A DNA stretch of 61,065 nt, filler included, from Chthonomonadaceae bacterium (GCA_035650735.1; 3 parts of 3 records of this genome joined end to end with filler, not necessarily neighbours in it); one strand, 5' to 3'. Counted from the whole stretch's first letter, positions 37,388 to 47,979 are shown. The notes: generated by a model from the sequence alone, not told the origin. Made by a program: numbers and translations.

Positions 37388-39829
37388 ATGAAATGCGGAT
37401 CGTGGGCCGTTGCTTTATCAGCAGGAAGTATTCTCGGTGTGGTTCTTACACGATGGTTCTTACGCTTACGGCGAAATAGGCTGGATTCCTACTCGTGCAA
37501 GATAGAACTCCAACACGGGGATATCCGGCAGCCACAGGATAATTCCGAGCGAACTTCGGATACATCTGCATTATCTGAACAGTGGGATAAAGAAGATACA
37601 GCGACTCCTCTGCCCTTACCACCTCCTAACATTGCTGTCGTTGTAGCCTCCTTGCCCGGCGAGCAGGGCTTATCGGAACCACCAAAAGAACAACAAACAG
37701 ACAGTGTACCTGACGTTGCCAACACTCCTGTTGCAATTATAGAGGTTTTGCCTGGCCCACCGTTCCCATCTTCCCCCGTAGATAAGACTGTCTCTTATCC
37801 CCCTAATGTGACTGATTCGAGCAGCGCTGATTCCATCCCTGCGACAAATGAAGTAGCTGCGAAGACTGCTATCCAGAATGGGAAGGGACTCAGCCCATCC
37901 GTAGGGTTAAAACCATCCCTTCGGCCTGATCAGCACGGTGGCGGTGGCAGAGGACGAGCTCAGGACCTGCTACTCAAACCACGAGAGCGAGCAACGGTCA
38001 AGCAAGCTACCCTCCTGCCTGAGTTAGTTTGTCGCAACCTTGGGCGTAAATGGCTGATTGCTCTTGAGGTGCCGGAAAAGTTCGCTAATAGTGCAACTCT
38101 AACGGTGCGGCAAAATGGTAATCTTCTGGAAGCGGACGAGCGGCTAGAAAACGGTTGGTTACTACACGCGACCTCTGGTCTGTTGGACGTTTACTCAGAG
38201 ACAGAAAGCAGATTTACTACGGAAGTGGGAAGTCAAGGCTACCTGATTTTCAAGTTGAGCGGCGCTAATGCCGATGAAGGACGCCTTGTAGATCACCCCG
38301 CTACGGGACGATACCTTGTCGTGGCCCCTGATAACTGGGAACGCGATGAGAAGCAAGCTGGTCCAGCATCCATAGAGCCGGAGTTTGTCTCGCTAGATGG
38401 CTGTTTGGCGCACTTCTTTGAGATTACGAAGCATAGCGAGTCCCGAATCGCCTTTATAACGCCAAACGGCGGTGTGGTGAGCCCCCAAACCAAATCCTCC
38501 CATTTTGAACTTGTAGGTCACAGGATCAAGGACGCGCGTGATGACGTAGGGCCGCTCTTTGGAAAGCAGTTGCCATGCATCCGCGCCCGCCATGCGCGAG
38601 ATTGGGAGGAAGTCTCTACCATTGTTGTTGGAGAGGAAGGTATCGGTGAAGGAAGATGGCGGATGCAATTTCCTTGCAATCCAATCGGAAAAGACCAGCA
38701 ACTTCCGCTTGATGTTGCGGCGCGCAAGAGCGGATGGTTTTTCCTGCGGTTCTACGACGCAAACAACCGTATGATGGAGAGCATAGACTTTCGCTATCTG
38801 GCATTCCTGGACGCAATAGATATACGCCAGCCTGCTCCTGTCCCGCCGCCAGAGGGACACGGGGAAGTATACGTTACTTTCATGCATCAATTTGGGTGCG
38901 ACATTCAGCGCGCAAAGGGGATGCCTCAGAATATTGAGATCGCCAAAAGTCTTGATAGCACGCTCGTAGCTATACCCGCCGATCCAAACTGTGACGAGAC
39001 ACGCTGGCATATCAGGCAACATAATGGCGCGGAAACAGAGTGCCTGATTCGCATCGAACGGCTCTGGTGGTCTTTTGGACAGCAGAAGGCATGGAGCGAT
39101 CAACCTGTTGCCCTCTCGCGCCATGATCTTTCTCCAACCTCGGAGGAAGTGCTTTATCTGCGCCTACCCGTCGCAGGCTGGGCAGATAAAATTGCGGTAG
39201 GCTTTGAATATACGCGTGCCAGGCAGCTTCTCCTAAAGCGCACAGACGATACCGTTTCGATTCGGTTAAGCGAACTCTGCGATGTAGAGGAGCGGCAAAA
39301 GGTGGGGCACTGGCCGCTATACATCTGGATCTATCGCCAGCGCCAGGAACATATTTTGGTCGTGGGAACGTTATCGGTCTGTATCGGATGCAAGTTCTGC
39401 TCCTTTATAGCGACTGATGAAAACGTGATGCGGGCGCATATTGCTTCCAGTCACGCCTCCGATTCTTTCCGCTCACTTACCTATGAAGAGTTGCGCTCTC
39501 GTTTTTCGCATTTACACCTACCTCCCAACATTTACCAATGCAGCTATTGCGGGCACTATGTTCGCGGCGATGATACCCGAAACCCAACCAGCCTCATCGC
39601 GCAGCATGTAAGAGAAGAATGTCAAAAAGCAGACCGAAGGTCTGGCAAAATCCAGTTAACGTGGAGTGTGGTTACAAAGGTGGACGAAATTCGCAAGAAC
39701 ATTCTGCATAACCTGCCGCATATCTATCGATGTAGGTTCTGCTCCTTCGAGCAGGAAGCCCCTAGCCCGCAAGATATGGCCCGTCATCTGATAGAACGTC
39801 ATAGAGATCGATTCTGTGAACTGCGCTAA
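37388..39829 (+). CDS. Hypothetical protein: N-terminal TM anchor, disordered linker, beta-rich core, three C-terminal zinc fingers
   Basis: 813-aa ORF; WAVALSAGSILGVVLTRWFLRLRR; CKFC..H...H, CSYC..H...C, CRFC..H...H; abuts the helicase gene. Confidence 0.8.
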   Translation: MKCGSWAVALSAGSILGVVLTRWFLRLRRNRLDSYSCKIELQHGDIRQPQDNSERTSDTSALSEQWDKEDTATPLPLPPPNIAVVVASLPGEQGLSEPPKEQQTDSVPDVANTPVAIIEVLPGPPFPSSPVDKTVSYPPNVTDSSSADSIPATNEVAAKTAIQNGKGLSPSVGLKPSLRPDQHGGGGRGRAQDLLLKPRERATVKQATLLPELVCRNLGRKWLIALEVPEKFANSATLTVRQNGNLLEADERLENGWLLHATSGLLDVYSETESRFTTEVGSQGYLIFKLSGANADEGRLVDHPATGRYLVVAPDNWERDEKQAGPASIEPEFVSLDGCLAHFFEITKHSESRIAFITPNGGVVSPQTKSSHFELVGHRIKDARDDVGPLFGKQLPCIRARHARDWEEVSTIVVGEEGIGEGRWRMQFPCNPIGKDQQLPLDVAARKSGWFFLRFYDANNRMMESIDFRYLAFLDAIDIRQPAPVPPPEGHGEVYVTFMHQFGCDIQRAKGMPQNIEIAKSLDSTLVAIPADPNCDETRWHIRQHNGAETECLIRIERLWWSFGQQKAWSDQPVALSRHDLSPTSEEVLYLRLPVAGWADKIAVGFEYTRARQLLLKRTDDTVSIRLSELCDVEERQKVGHWPLYIWIYRQRQEHILVVGTLSVCIGCKFCSFIATDENVMRAHIASSHASDSFRSLTYEELRSRFSHLHLPPNIYQCSYCGHYVRGDDTRNPTSLIAQHVREECQKADRRSGKIQLTWSVVTKVDEIRKNILHNLPHIYRCRFCSFEQEAPSPQDMARHLIERHRDRFCELR

Positions 39830-39844
39830 ATGACCGGAGGCACA

Positions 39845-42800
39845 ATGAACCCGATTTTGCTCTCTCAGCAGGTAGAGGAACGCTATCGGCAGTACCTACA
39901 AACCACCTTTTACTTTCGGGACTCTGATTTCCGCGATTCTTTCGAGGACGCTTTAGGCAATGGTCATTTAAGCAAGGGGCCGTTTCTAGAAGCCACACCT
40001 GTGTTTCAGCAGGGACCGACGCCGCGCGCTCTGTTCCGGCAACTCTTGCAGGAAGAACCGGAAGCGGGGTTCCTGTGGGCCTTGCAGGGAGATCGCCCGT
40101 TGTATCGCCATCAGGAGCAGGCGATTCGAGGAGCCTTAGCAGGGCATAATGTTGTGGTAGCGACGGGAACCGGAAGTGGGAAAACGGAAGCCTTTCTCTA
40201 CCCTATTTTATTACACCTCTATCGCGAGTGGCTGGCAGGCGACCTGTGCCCTGGCGTGCGGGCGCTCATCCTCTATCCGATGAACGCACTGGCAAATGAC
40301 CAGCGCGAACGCCTCGGCGACATCTGCCAGCGGCTGAAGGAGAAACAATCCGCCTTTCAGTTTACATTCGGGCAGTACATTGGAGAGACGCCAGAAGACG
40401 AGAAAGATTCCCGCCGCCATGCTCAAGATTTTCTGGATAAGCGCCTGCCCGGTGAACTTGTCCTGCGGTCGGAGATGCGGAATACGCCGCCGCACATCCT
40501 GATGACGAACTACTCCATGTTGGAGTATCTGCTTCTTCGCCCTGATGACAGCCCTCTGTTCGATCAAGGCAATGCGCGCTGGTGGACGTTTCTCGTGCTG
40601 GACGAGGCGCATCAATATCGCGGCGCACGCGGCATCGAAATGGCGATGCTCCTGCGGCGTCTGAAACAGAGATTGCGCGAAGGCGGGCGGAAAGCGCCTT
40701 TTCGATGTATCGCGACAAGCGCCACGCTCGTCAACGACGGTGATGACCGCGAGACAGCCGTCGCCCGCTTCGCTTCTGACTTGTTCGACGAGGCGTTCGA
40801 TGCAAACGATGTGACTTTCGGGGAAACGGTTCCCATTCCTACGTCCGGCCCCAGGATACTCCCGCCTTATGCCTATGCGTCTCTGCAAGCAGCATTAAGT
40901 CAGTCCGATTCCAAAGCCCTGTCTCAGATTTGGGAATGGGCAGACACGTTGGGCGTATTTCTATCCGGGCAGGAGTACTTGCCGCACGCTCTCGGCGCGC
41001 TCCTGCAAGCAGACAGGCGCGCTGCCGATTTCCGCCAGCGCATTATCGAGAGGCCGCTCCGTGTCGCTGATGTCGCCGGTGAGATATTTCCAGAATTACC
41101 AGAACTAGAGCAAACGGGCGCTCTATTGGCGCTCGTCGAGCTTTTGACGCAGGCGCAAGACCCTGCTACCAATGCTCCTTTGTTATCGGCGCGGTATCAC
41201 CTGTTCCTGCGTTCCCTCGAAGGCGCTTTTATCTCCTACTGGCCGACGAAGAAAGTCTTTCTGGATCGCAAAGGAACAGAGGGAGAGAGTCCGGCCTTTG
41301 AAGTCGCATTATGTCGCGAATGTGGACAGCATTATATTGTATCGAAGAAACTCAGGACGTTTCCTAATCGAGTTACAGAACCGATTCGTGATACAAGCGA
41401 TGAAAACTTTGGCGCAACTTTTCTCCGGCTTTTAGAGAACGAGCAGCAAGAAGCGGAAGAGGATGAAGACGAAACAAGAAAGAGAGAGATCTATCGGCTG
41501 TGTGTCCGCTGTGGCGCTATAGGCAAAGACAGCCCAGGATGTATGTGTGGGCCTAATAGTCACTTGCCGGTAGTCCGGGAAGAGGAATGCAAGGAAGAAG
41601 ACCGCGCGGATGAACTGGCTCGCTGCGGAAACTGCGACTATACGGCTGCCGGACGTGATCCAGTACGGGAAGTAATTCACGGCACGGATGGCCCTCATGT
41701 CGTCATTGCGACCACTCTCTATCAGCATCTTCCTGAGGAGCGCAAGAAGATGCTGGCATTTGCCGATGGGCGGCAGGAGGCCGCCTTTTTCGCCTGGTAT
41801 CTGGAAGACTCGTATCGCGATCTGCTCAGCCGACATATGGTACTGCGAGTCGCCCGGAGTTTTTCCCCCTGCCCATCAGAAGGAATTGCCCTGAGCAGCC
41901 TCGCGGATCGAGCGTACCAGTATCATCGCAAGGTCTTCCGAAAAGAGCCTTCCGATGACGAATTGACCATTCGCAAGAATATCTGGCGGGCGCTCTACCG
42001 GGAATTCTTAACAGAAGAGCAGCGTATCTCTCTGGCAGGCGTCGGATTGGCGCGCTGGGATATACCGTGCGAGGCTTTATCTCACGTCCTACCCATTTTT
42101 CAACAATCCCCCTGGTCGCTTTCGGAGCAGGAAGCATGGTATTTGTGTGTCTTGTTGCTGGATACGTTACGAACAAGTCGCGCCGTCGAGCTTCGCGCTG
42201 GACAGAACATCTCGCTTGGATGGAGCGACCTCAATCTACAAGCCACGCAGATCGCCTATTGGCGGGGTGGCGAGGGAAAAAATCCGAAGGGCACGCGGCA
42301 ATGGATCGGCGCTAGAGGCAAGCGCGCGCGCCTGCTTACTAAACTCCTGATGGCGAGGGGAATGGAAGAGTCGGAGGCGCGCGGATACGCAATCGTGGCC
42401 CTTAACTCCGCATGGGAAAAACTAACCGACAACAGCCAGGCCAATCTCTTAGGACGTAGCGCGAAGGATACATTCTGGCTCAATCCGGAATGGTGGCGAT
42501 TACATCCCATCGCACCGCAAGAGAGTTTATTTCGCTGTAACGTATGTGGGCGTCTCCAAGCCATAACCGTTGAAAATATCTGTCCGCGTGGGACGTGCCT
42601 CGGAACGCTAGAAAAGGTTCGCCTATGTGACCTGGAATCTAACCACTATCGCCTTCTTTACGAGCAACTGCCTCCGGTCCCGCTACGTGTAGAAGAGCAT
42701 ACAGCGCAACTGGCTAACGAAAAAGCGCGCGAGTTTCAGGAGGGCTTCAAGAAAGGCGAGATTCATGTGCTGAGTTGTTCCACGACGTTTGAGGTTGGCG

Positions 42801-44500
42801 TAGATTTAGGCGACCTGGATACCGTATTTCTGCGTAACGTTCCGCCAGAAGCCTTCAACTACGCGCAACGGGTCGGGCGAGCCGGGAGGCGAAGCGGACA
42901 TCCCGGCTTTGCCATTACCTACTGCCGTCGTATGCCGCACGACCTCTATCACTTTATCGAGCCGGAACGGATGCTGCGCGGCAAAGTCCAGTCGCCGGTT
43001 CTGAGCTTGCGGAATGAGAAGATTATCCTGCGGCACATGACCGCTCTGGGGCTATCCGCATTTTTCCGCGCCAGGCCGGATCGCTTCCGAACGGTGCAGG
43101 ATTTCTGCGTTGATTTAACTCAACCTACTGCCAGCACGGACATTTACGCCTTTCTGTGTGAACATTCAATGGACCTTGAACCGGCATTGCGTTCGGTGGT
43201 TCCTAATGCGATGTGGCAGGCAGTCGGGCTAAATGATTCAACGTGGATAGAACGTATCGCAGGAGAGGCGAGCCGTCTTGTTCTGGCAGAGGCGGAAATC
43301 TCCGGCGACTTCGAGCAGGTAAGTCGGTTTGAAGCAGCAGAGCGTGACAAGGGAAACTATATCGGCGCGCAATGGGCACAACGCCGAGGGAATACTATTC
43401 GCTCGGAGCCTATACTGACCTTTCTATCGCGCAAAGCGGTAATCCCCAAGTACGGCTTTCCGGTAGATGTGGTTGAGTTGGATATACAGAGGATTCAACA
43501 GACGCAGGACGCCAGCGAAGTATCGTTGCAGCGCGATCTCAGCCTTGCGATTGCAGAGTTCGCGCCGACAAGCAAGCTGATTGCCAATAAGCTTGAGTGG
43601 GCCTCTTACGCCCTTAAAAAGGTTCCTGAACGAGAATGGCCCCGGTGGTGGTACGCGCGCTGCGCCAAGCATAATCGGTTCGAATGGAAGTTGTATCAGG
43701 GCAAAACCCGACCTATATTCGATCTATGCTGTAAGCAAATGGTAGTTACCGAGTACATAGACCCTCAGTTCGGTTTCACTACGAACCGAGACAGGCCGAA
43801 ATCGCCCACGCGCCGTCCGGTCAAGGTATTCACCACGCGCCCGTATTTTATCCGCCATCAAGGACAAGAGGGAGACAAAATTGATTTTGGCAGCCTGATC
43901 AGTCTGCAAAAAGCTGTGCCGGGAATTCTTGTTGTGCTTTGCGAAGGGCGACGCGGCCAGGGTTTTTACATCTGTGAACGTTGCGGCGCTGGCTTCCGGG
44001 AGCGCCTTAGCGAACACAAGACCCCATTCGATGTTCCTTGCTCTGGAAAACTTGCTAATGTCTCCCTGGGGCATGAATTTGTGACGGATGTATTGCAAAT
44101 CCGGTTTCACGGAACGCCAGAAAAGGACATTGAGCCGGTATGGTTTGGCTATTCACTCGCCTACGCATTGCTAGAAGGCGCAGCTACGGTACTGGACGTC
44201 CCTTCGACAGACCTGAACGCGACAGTACGCATGGGAAGCGAGAGCGGCGTAGTGCCTCCTATCATCCTGTACGATAATGTACCAGGCGGGGCTGGTCTCG
44301 TCGCACGCCTGGAGGATAAGCGCATCCTCAAAGAGTGCCTGCAATTCGCCTCTGAGAGAGTACGTGGTAATTGCAGGTGCGCAGAGAATACGAGTTGCTA
44401 CGGCTGCTTAAGAAGCTACAGGAATCAGTTCGCTCACGCATATTTACAACGGGGACCTGTCCGAAGCTTCCTGGAAGAGATCTTAAAACATGATCCGTGA
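39845..44500 (+). CDS. Large DEAD/DEAH-box helicase with DUF1998 zinc domain (Druantia DruE-like)
   Basis: TGTGSGKT, YPMNALANDQ, TNYSMLE, DEAH, TSAT, STTFEVGVDLG, QRVGRAGRR, LYDNVPGGAG, CRC...SCYGCL; GGAGG RBS. Confidence 0.88.
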   Translation: MNPILLSQQVEERYRQYLQTTFYFRDSDFRDSFEDALGNGHLSKGPFLEATPVFQQGPTPRALFRQLLQEEPEAGFLWALQGDRPLYRHQEQAIRGALAGHNVVVATGTGSGKTEAFLYPILLHLYREWLAGDLCPGVRALILYPMNALANDQRERLGDICQRLKEKQSAFQFTFGQYIGETPEDEKDSRRHAQDFLDKRLPGELVLRSEMRNTPPHILMTNYSMLEYLLLRPDDSPLFDQGNARWWTFLVLDEAHQYRGARGIEMAMLLRRLKQRLREGGRKAPFRCIATSATLVNDGDDRETAVARFASDLFDEAFDANDVTFGETVPIPTSGPRILPPYAYASLQAALSQSDSKALSQIWEWADTLGVFLSGQEYLPHALGALLQADRRAADFRQRIIERPLRVADVAGEIFPELPELEQTGALLALVELLTQAQDPATNAPLLSARYHLFLRSLEGAFISYWPTKKVFLDRKGTEGESPAFEVALCRECGQHYIVSKKLRTFPNRVTEPIRDTSDENFGATFLRLLENEQQEAEEDEDETRKREIYRLCVRCGAIGKDSPGCMCGPNSHLPVVREEECKEEDRADELARCGNCDYTAAGRDPVREVIHGTDGPHVVIATTLYQHLPEERKKMLAFADGRQEAAFFAWYLEDSYRDLLSRHMVLRVARSFSPCPSEGIALSSLADRAYQYHRKVFRKEPSDDELTIRKNIWRALYREFLTEEQRISLAGVGLARWDIPCEALSHVLPIFQQSPWSLSEQEAWYLCVLLLDTLRTSRAVELRAGQNISLGWSDLNLQATQIAYWRGGEGKNPKGTRQWIGARGKRARLLTKLLMARGMEESEARGYAIVALNSAWEKLTDNSQANLLGRSAKDTFWLNPEWWRLHPIAPQESLFRCNVCGRLQAITVENICPRGTCLGTLEKVRLCDLESNHYRLLYEQLPPVPLRVEEHTAQLANEKAREFQEGFKKGEIHVLSCSTTFEVGVDLGDLDTVFLRNVPPEAFNYAQRVGRAGRRSGHPGFAITYCRRMPHDLYHFIEPERMLRGKVQSPVLSLRNEKIILRHMTALGLSAFFRARPDRFRTVQDFCVDLTQPTASTDIYAFLCEHSMDLEPALRSVVPNAMWQAVGLNDSTWIERIAGEASRLVLAEAEISGDFEQVSRFEAAERDKGNYIGAQWAQRRGNTIRSEPILTFLSRKAVIPKYGFPVDVVELDIQRIQQTQDASEVSLQRDLSLAIAEFAPTSKLIANKLEWASYALKKVPEREWPRWWYARCAKHNRFEWKLYQGKTRPIFDLCCKQMVVTEYIDPQFGFTTNRDRPKSPTRRPVKVFTTRPYFIRHQGQEGDKIDFGSLISLQKAVPGILVVLCEGRRGQGFYICERCGAGFRERLSEHKTPFDVPCSGKLANVSLGHEFVTDVLQIRFHGTPEKDIEPVWFGYSLAYALLEGAATVLDVPSTDLNATVRMGSESGVVPPIILYDNVPGGAGLVARLEDKRILKECLQFASERVRGNCRCAENTSCYGCLRSYRNQFAHAYLQRGPVRSFLEEILKHDP

Positions 44501-44607
44501 CTATATACTGCTGTACGCAGAGATGACACCAGGAGAGGCGCTTGCCTATCACGAATGCAGACAGGAAGTGAAGAGCAGACTCCGCCCAAAAGGATAGGTT
44601 TCACACG

Positions 44608-45399
44608 ATGTCTCTAGAAACAGCAAGCGCCGTGCCCGCCCTCACCGACCTGGAAGCGCAGATCGCTTTCTACCGGGCCAACAGCTATGTCCCGCTGCCC
44701 GATCTGCTGACGCCGGAAGAGGTAGCCGCGCTGAACGCCGCCATGGATCGCGACCGGGAGCACAATCGCTTCATGTGGTACTGCCAGACCGCGCCCGACT
44801 ATAACTGCAACCTGCTGCTCACCGAGCCGGTCTTTGAGATCGCCATTCGGCAGCCGCTGGTGTTGGCCCTGGTCGAACGGTTGATGGGCGGCCCCGTCTG
44901 CTTCGAGGAACTGGCCGTGCGCCAGAATCCGGCCAGCAGCGAGGCGCATCCGACCGGCTGGCACCGTGACCGAGGGCACTGGCTGGAGCACCCGCTGCAT
45001 CTGGACTATCCCCAGGTCATCTACTATCTGACGGACGTGGACGAGACGACCCACTGCTTCACCATCAGCCCGGAGCCTGCCGATGGCGAGGTGCTGGACA
45101 AAGAGGCCCACTTGGAACGTGGGGGAACGGTCTACTTTTATGGCAAGGCCGGGTCGGCCATCCTCTTCAATGCCGCGACACTCCACGGCCTGACCGTGCG
45201 CAAAACCGAGCGGTACCGTCGGATCGTGCAGGTTTATTACGGTCATCCGCATCGGCCTTCCCTCAGCGAGGTGTCGCTGATTCCGCCGCGCTTGTGGCGC
45301 GACCATCCCGACCCGGAAATCCGCCGCTTCTATGGCAAGTTCAACCGTTACAACCAGGTTATGTTTAAGGCATTGGGAATAGACCTTCCAGCCACTTGA
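44608..45399 (+). CDS. Phytanoyl-CoA dioxygenase family (Fe/2OG) protein
   Basis: GWHRD, YYLTDV, KAGSAILFNAATLHG. Confidence 0.85.
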   Translation: MSLETASAVPALTDLEAQIAFYRANSYVPLPDLLTPEEVAALNAAMDRDREHNRFMWYCQTAPDYNCNLLLTEPVFEIAIRQPLVLALVERLMGGPVCFEELAVRQNPASSEAHPTGWHRDRGHWLEHPLHLDYPQVIYYLTDVDETTHCFTISPEPADGEVLDKEAHLERGGTVYFYGKAGSAILFNAATLHGLTVRKTERYRRIVQVYYGHPHRPSLSEVSLIPPRLWRDHPDPEIRRFYGKFNRYNQVMFKALGIDLPAT

Positions 45400-45443
45400 T
45401 CCGGCGTTTCAGGCACACTCTACAGGAAGGAAGGTGGGCAAGG

Positions 45444-46874
45444 ATGAACCTGAGCGTGCAGTCTCTTGAGGTTGCGAGCGCACGGCGCATCCGAGCGCAG
45501 CAAGGCCCGGTTCGCGCCGGTGTCATCGGCTGTGGCGACTTCGGGGCGGGTATCCTCGCGCAGGCGGCCTCCGCGCCTCTGCTGGAGATCACGGCCGCCG
45601 CCGACCTCAGCCTCGACTCCGCCCGCAACGCTTACCGGCGCGCGGGCCTCCCGGACGAAGAGAGCGCCCTCTGCGAGAGCCGCCAGGCCGCGCTACAAGC
45701 CATCGAGGCCGGGAAGCGGGTGATAACCGCCGACCCCTTGCTGCTGATGGATCTGCCGCTGGAGGTGATTGTCGAGGCCACCGGCATTCCTGAGGCCGGT
45801 GCGCTCCATGCCGAGGCGGCCATCCGGCACGGACGGCATGTGGCGATGGTCAACAAAGAGGCCGATGTCGTTATCGGCCCCATTTTAAAGCGCCTGGCGG
45901 ACGCGGCTGGGGTGGTCTATACGGCCGTGGACGGGGACCAGCACGGGCTGCTGATCGGTCTGGTCGCCTGGGCGCGTCGTCTGGGATTGGAGATCCTTTG
46001 CGGCGGTAAGTCGCGCGATATGGATATTGACCGCGACCGGCTCGCGGCCACGCTCCAGCTTACGGCGGAAGAGGCACGGATATTTGATCCCCTGCCGTGG
46101 GGAGAGCAAGCGAAAGCGGGCGTAGGGATAGAACGGTATCTCGAAGCACGGCGCGAACGGTTGGGAGGGCGAGGCCGGATCGGCAACTGGGATCTCGTCG
46201 AGTTGGTGATCGCGGCCAACGCCACCGGGCTTGTCCCCGACCTCCCGTCCGGCGTCCACTGCCCGGCCGTCTATGCTGGCGAGATTCCCCATGTGCTCTG
46301 TCCGACCGTGATGGGCGGCATCCTCCGCACACGAGGCGTCTTCGATGCCGTGACCTGCCTGCGTCGGCCCCACGAGACCGGGCTGGGCGGCGGCGTCTTT
46401 CTCGTGGTCGCGACCGCCAATGATGCCGCGCGGGAGGCGCTCAACGGCGGGGGCGTCTGCCACAACGGCGACGGGACGGCGACCCTGATCACCCATCCGT
46501 ACCACCTGCTGGGCATCGAGGCGATCAACTCCATTCTGGCCGCCGCTCTGCTGGGCGTTCCCACCGGCGCGATAGATTACCAGCCCCGGTACGACGTGTT
46601 TCTTCGGACGACGCGGGACCTGGAGGCAGGAACGATCTTTGAAGGCGACCACAGCCCCGATATTGAGGCGTTCATCGGCCCGGCGGCGCCGCTCGCCGAC
46701 GACCGGCCCTTGCCATCCCACCTCGCCACTGGCAACCGGCTGGTCCGTCCTGTCGCTGGCGGGACGGTGATTACCAGAGAGATGGTGGCGGCGCCCGCCG
46801 ACTCGGCGTTGTGGGCGCTGCGCGCGCGCCAGGATGCCTATTTCTTCTCCAGACCCGCTAACGGACAATGCTAA
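45444..46874 (+). CDS. NAD(P)-dependent oxidoreductase, homoserine dehydrogenase-like with SAF domain
   Basis: GVIGCGDFG, VEATGIPEAGA, MVNKEAD, DGDQHG, ANATG, PYHLLG; C-terminal SAF-like region. Confidence 0.8.
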   Translation: MNLSVQSLEVASARRIRAQQGPVRAGVIGCGDFGAGILAQAASAPLLEITAAADLSLDSARNAYRRAGLPDEESALCESRQAALQAIEAGKRVITADPLLLMDLPLEVIVEATGIPEAGALHAEAAIRHGRHVAMVNKEADVVIGPILKRLADAAGVVYTAVDGDQHGLLIGLVAWARRLGLEILCGGKSRDMDIDRDRLAATLQLTAEEARIFDPLPWGEQAKAGVGIERYLEARRERLGGRGRIGNWDLVELVIAANATGLVPDLPSGVHCPAVYAGEIPHVLCPTVMGGILRTRGVFDAVTCLRRPHETGLGGGVFLVVATANDAAREALNGGGVCHNGDGTATLITHPYHLLGIEAINSILAAALLGVPTGAIDYQPRYDVFLRTTRDLEAGTIFEGDHSPDIEAFIGPAAPLADDRPLPSHLATGNRLVRPVAGGTVITREMVAAPADSALWALRARQDAYFFSRPANGQC

Positions 46875-47854
46875 TGAACCTGCTTATGATGACACTCGCC
46901 CTGGCGCTCCTCGCGGGCATGGCTCTGGCAGCCTCCACCGACTCCCCAGATCGGAGCACGGACTGGCTGCACGCCGCCCGGTACGGCGTCTTCATGCACT
47001 TCCTGCCCGGTGATGCGCAGGAGTTGGCGCGCGTCCAGGACTTTGACGTGGAGGCGCTTGCAAAGCAGCTTGAGTCTATCGGCGCGAAGTACTTCGTCAT
47101 TACGCTCGGACAGAACTCCGGCTACTTCATCTCTCCCAACGCCACTTATGATCGCCTCACCGGCTACGCTGCTGGAGAGCGGTGCGCGACGCGCGACCTT
47201 CCGCTGGACCTCTATCGCGCCCTGAAGCCGCACGGCATCCGCCTGATGCTCTACCTGCCGTGCCAGGTCCCCAACCAGGACGCCCGGGCGCAGAAAGCGT
47301 TCGGCTTGCGGGAAGGGCCGCAGGACCAGCCGGTTGATCTCGCCTTCGCCCACCAATGGGCGACCGTCATCCAGGAGTGGTCCGACCGGTATGGCGACAA
47401 GGTCTCCGGCTGGTGGTTCGACGGCGGATACGAGCACATCCACTTCACGGAGGCCATCGCGGAGGTCTATGCCAGGGCAGCCAGGCACGGCAATCCGCGC
47501 TCCCTCGTTACGTTCAACCCGGGCGTGAAGGTGATCCGCTGGACCCAGGCGGAAGATTACACGGCGGGCGAGTTGAATGCGCCTTTTACGGTACTGCCTT
47601 CATCGCGCTGGCTCGACGGCTCCCAGTGGCACGCCCTCACCTTCCTCGGCTCCCACTGGTCCGCACGCGACACCCGCTACCCGGCGGCAGAGTGGGCGCG
47701 CTGGGTGAAGCGCGTCACAGATGCCGGAGGCGTTGTCACTCTCGATATGGGACCGAACTGGGACCCGAAAGCGGGCCCTATCGGCTCGCTTTCGGAGGCG
47801 CAGATGGAACAGATGCAGGCGGTGAAGGCGGCGGTCCGGGGAAGCGGCACGTAA
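46868..47854 (+). CDS. Secreted alpha-L-fucosidase-like protein (GH29-like)
   Basis: Signal peptide; RYGVFMHF, GAKYFVIT, RYGDKVSGWWFDG. Confidence 0.7.
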   Translation: MLMNLLMMTLALALLAGMALAASTDSPDRSTDWLHAARYGVFMHFLPGDAQELARVQDFDVEALAKQLESIGAKYFVITLGQNSGYFISPNATYDRLTGYAAGERCATRDLPLDLYRALKPHGIRLMLYLPCQVPNQDARAQKAFGLREGPQDQPVDLAFAHQWATVIQEWSDRYGDKVSGWWFDGGYEHIHFTEAIAEVYARAARHGNPRSLVTFNPGVKVIRWTQAEDYTAGELNAPFTVLPSSRWLDGSQWHALTFLGSHWSARDTRYPAAEWARWVKRVTDAGGVVTLDMGPNWDPKAGPIGSLSEAQMEQMQAVKAAVRGSGT

Positions 47855-47979
47855 TGACACGTTCCCCTCCGCCCCGTTCCAAATCTGGGACTGAGAGCGC
47901 CTGACGATCCCTCTCTTGTTCCTCTTAAAAGAAGAGGGCGGTACGGGGCTTTATTAGGAGCGCTAGGGAGCAACCAATC

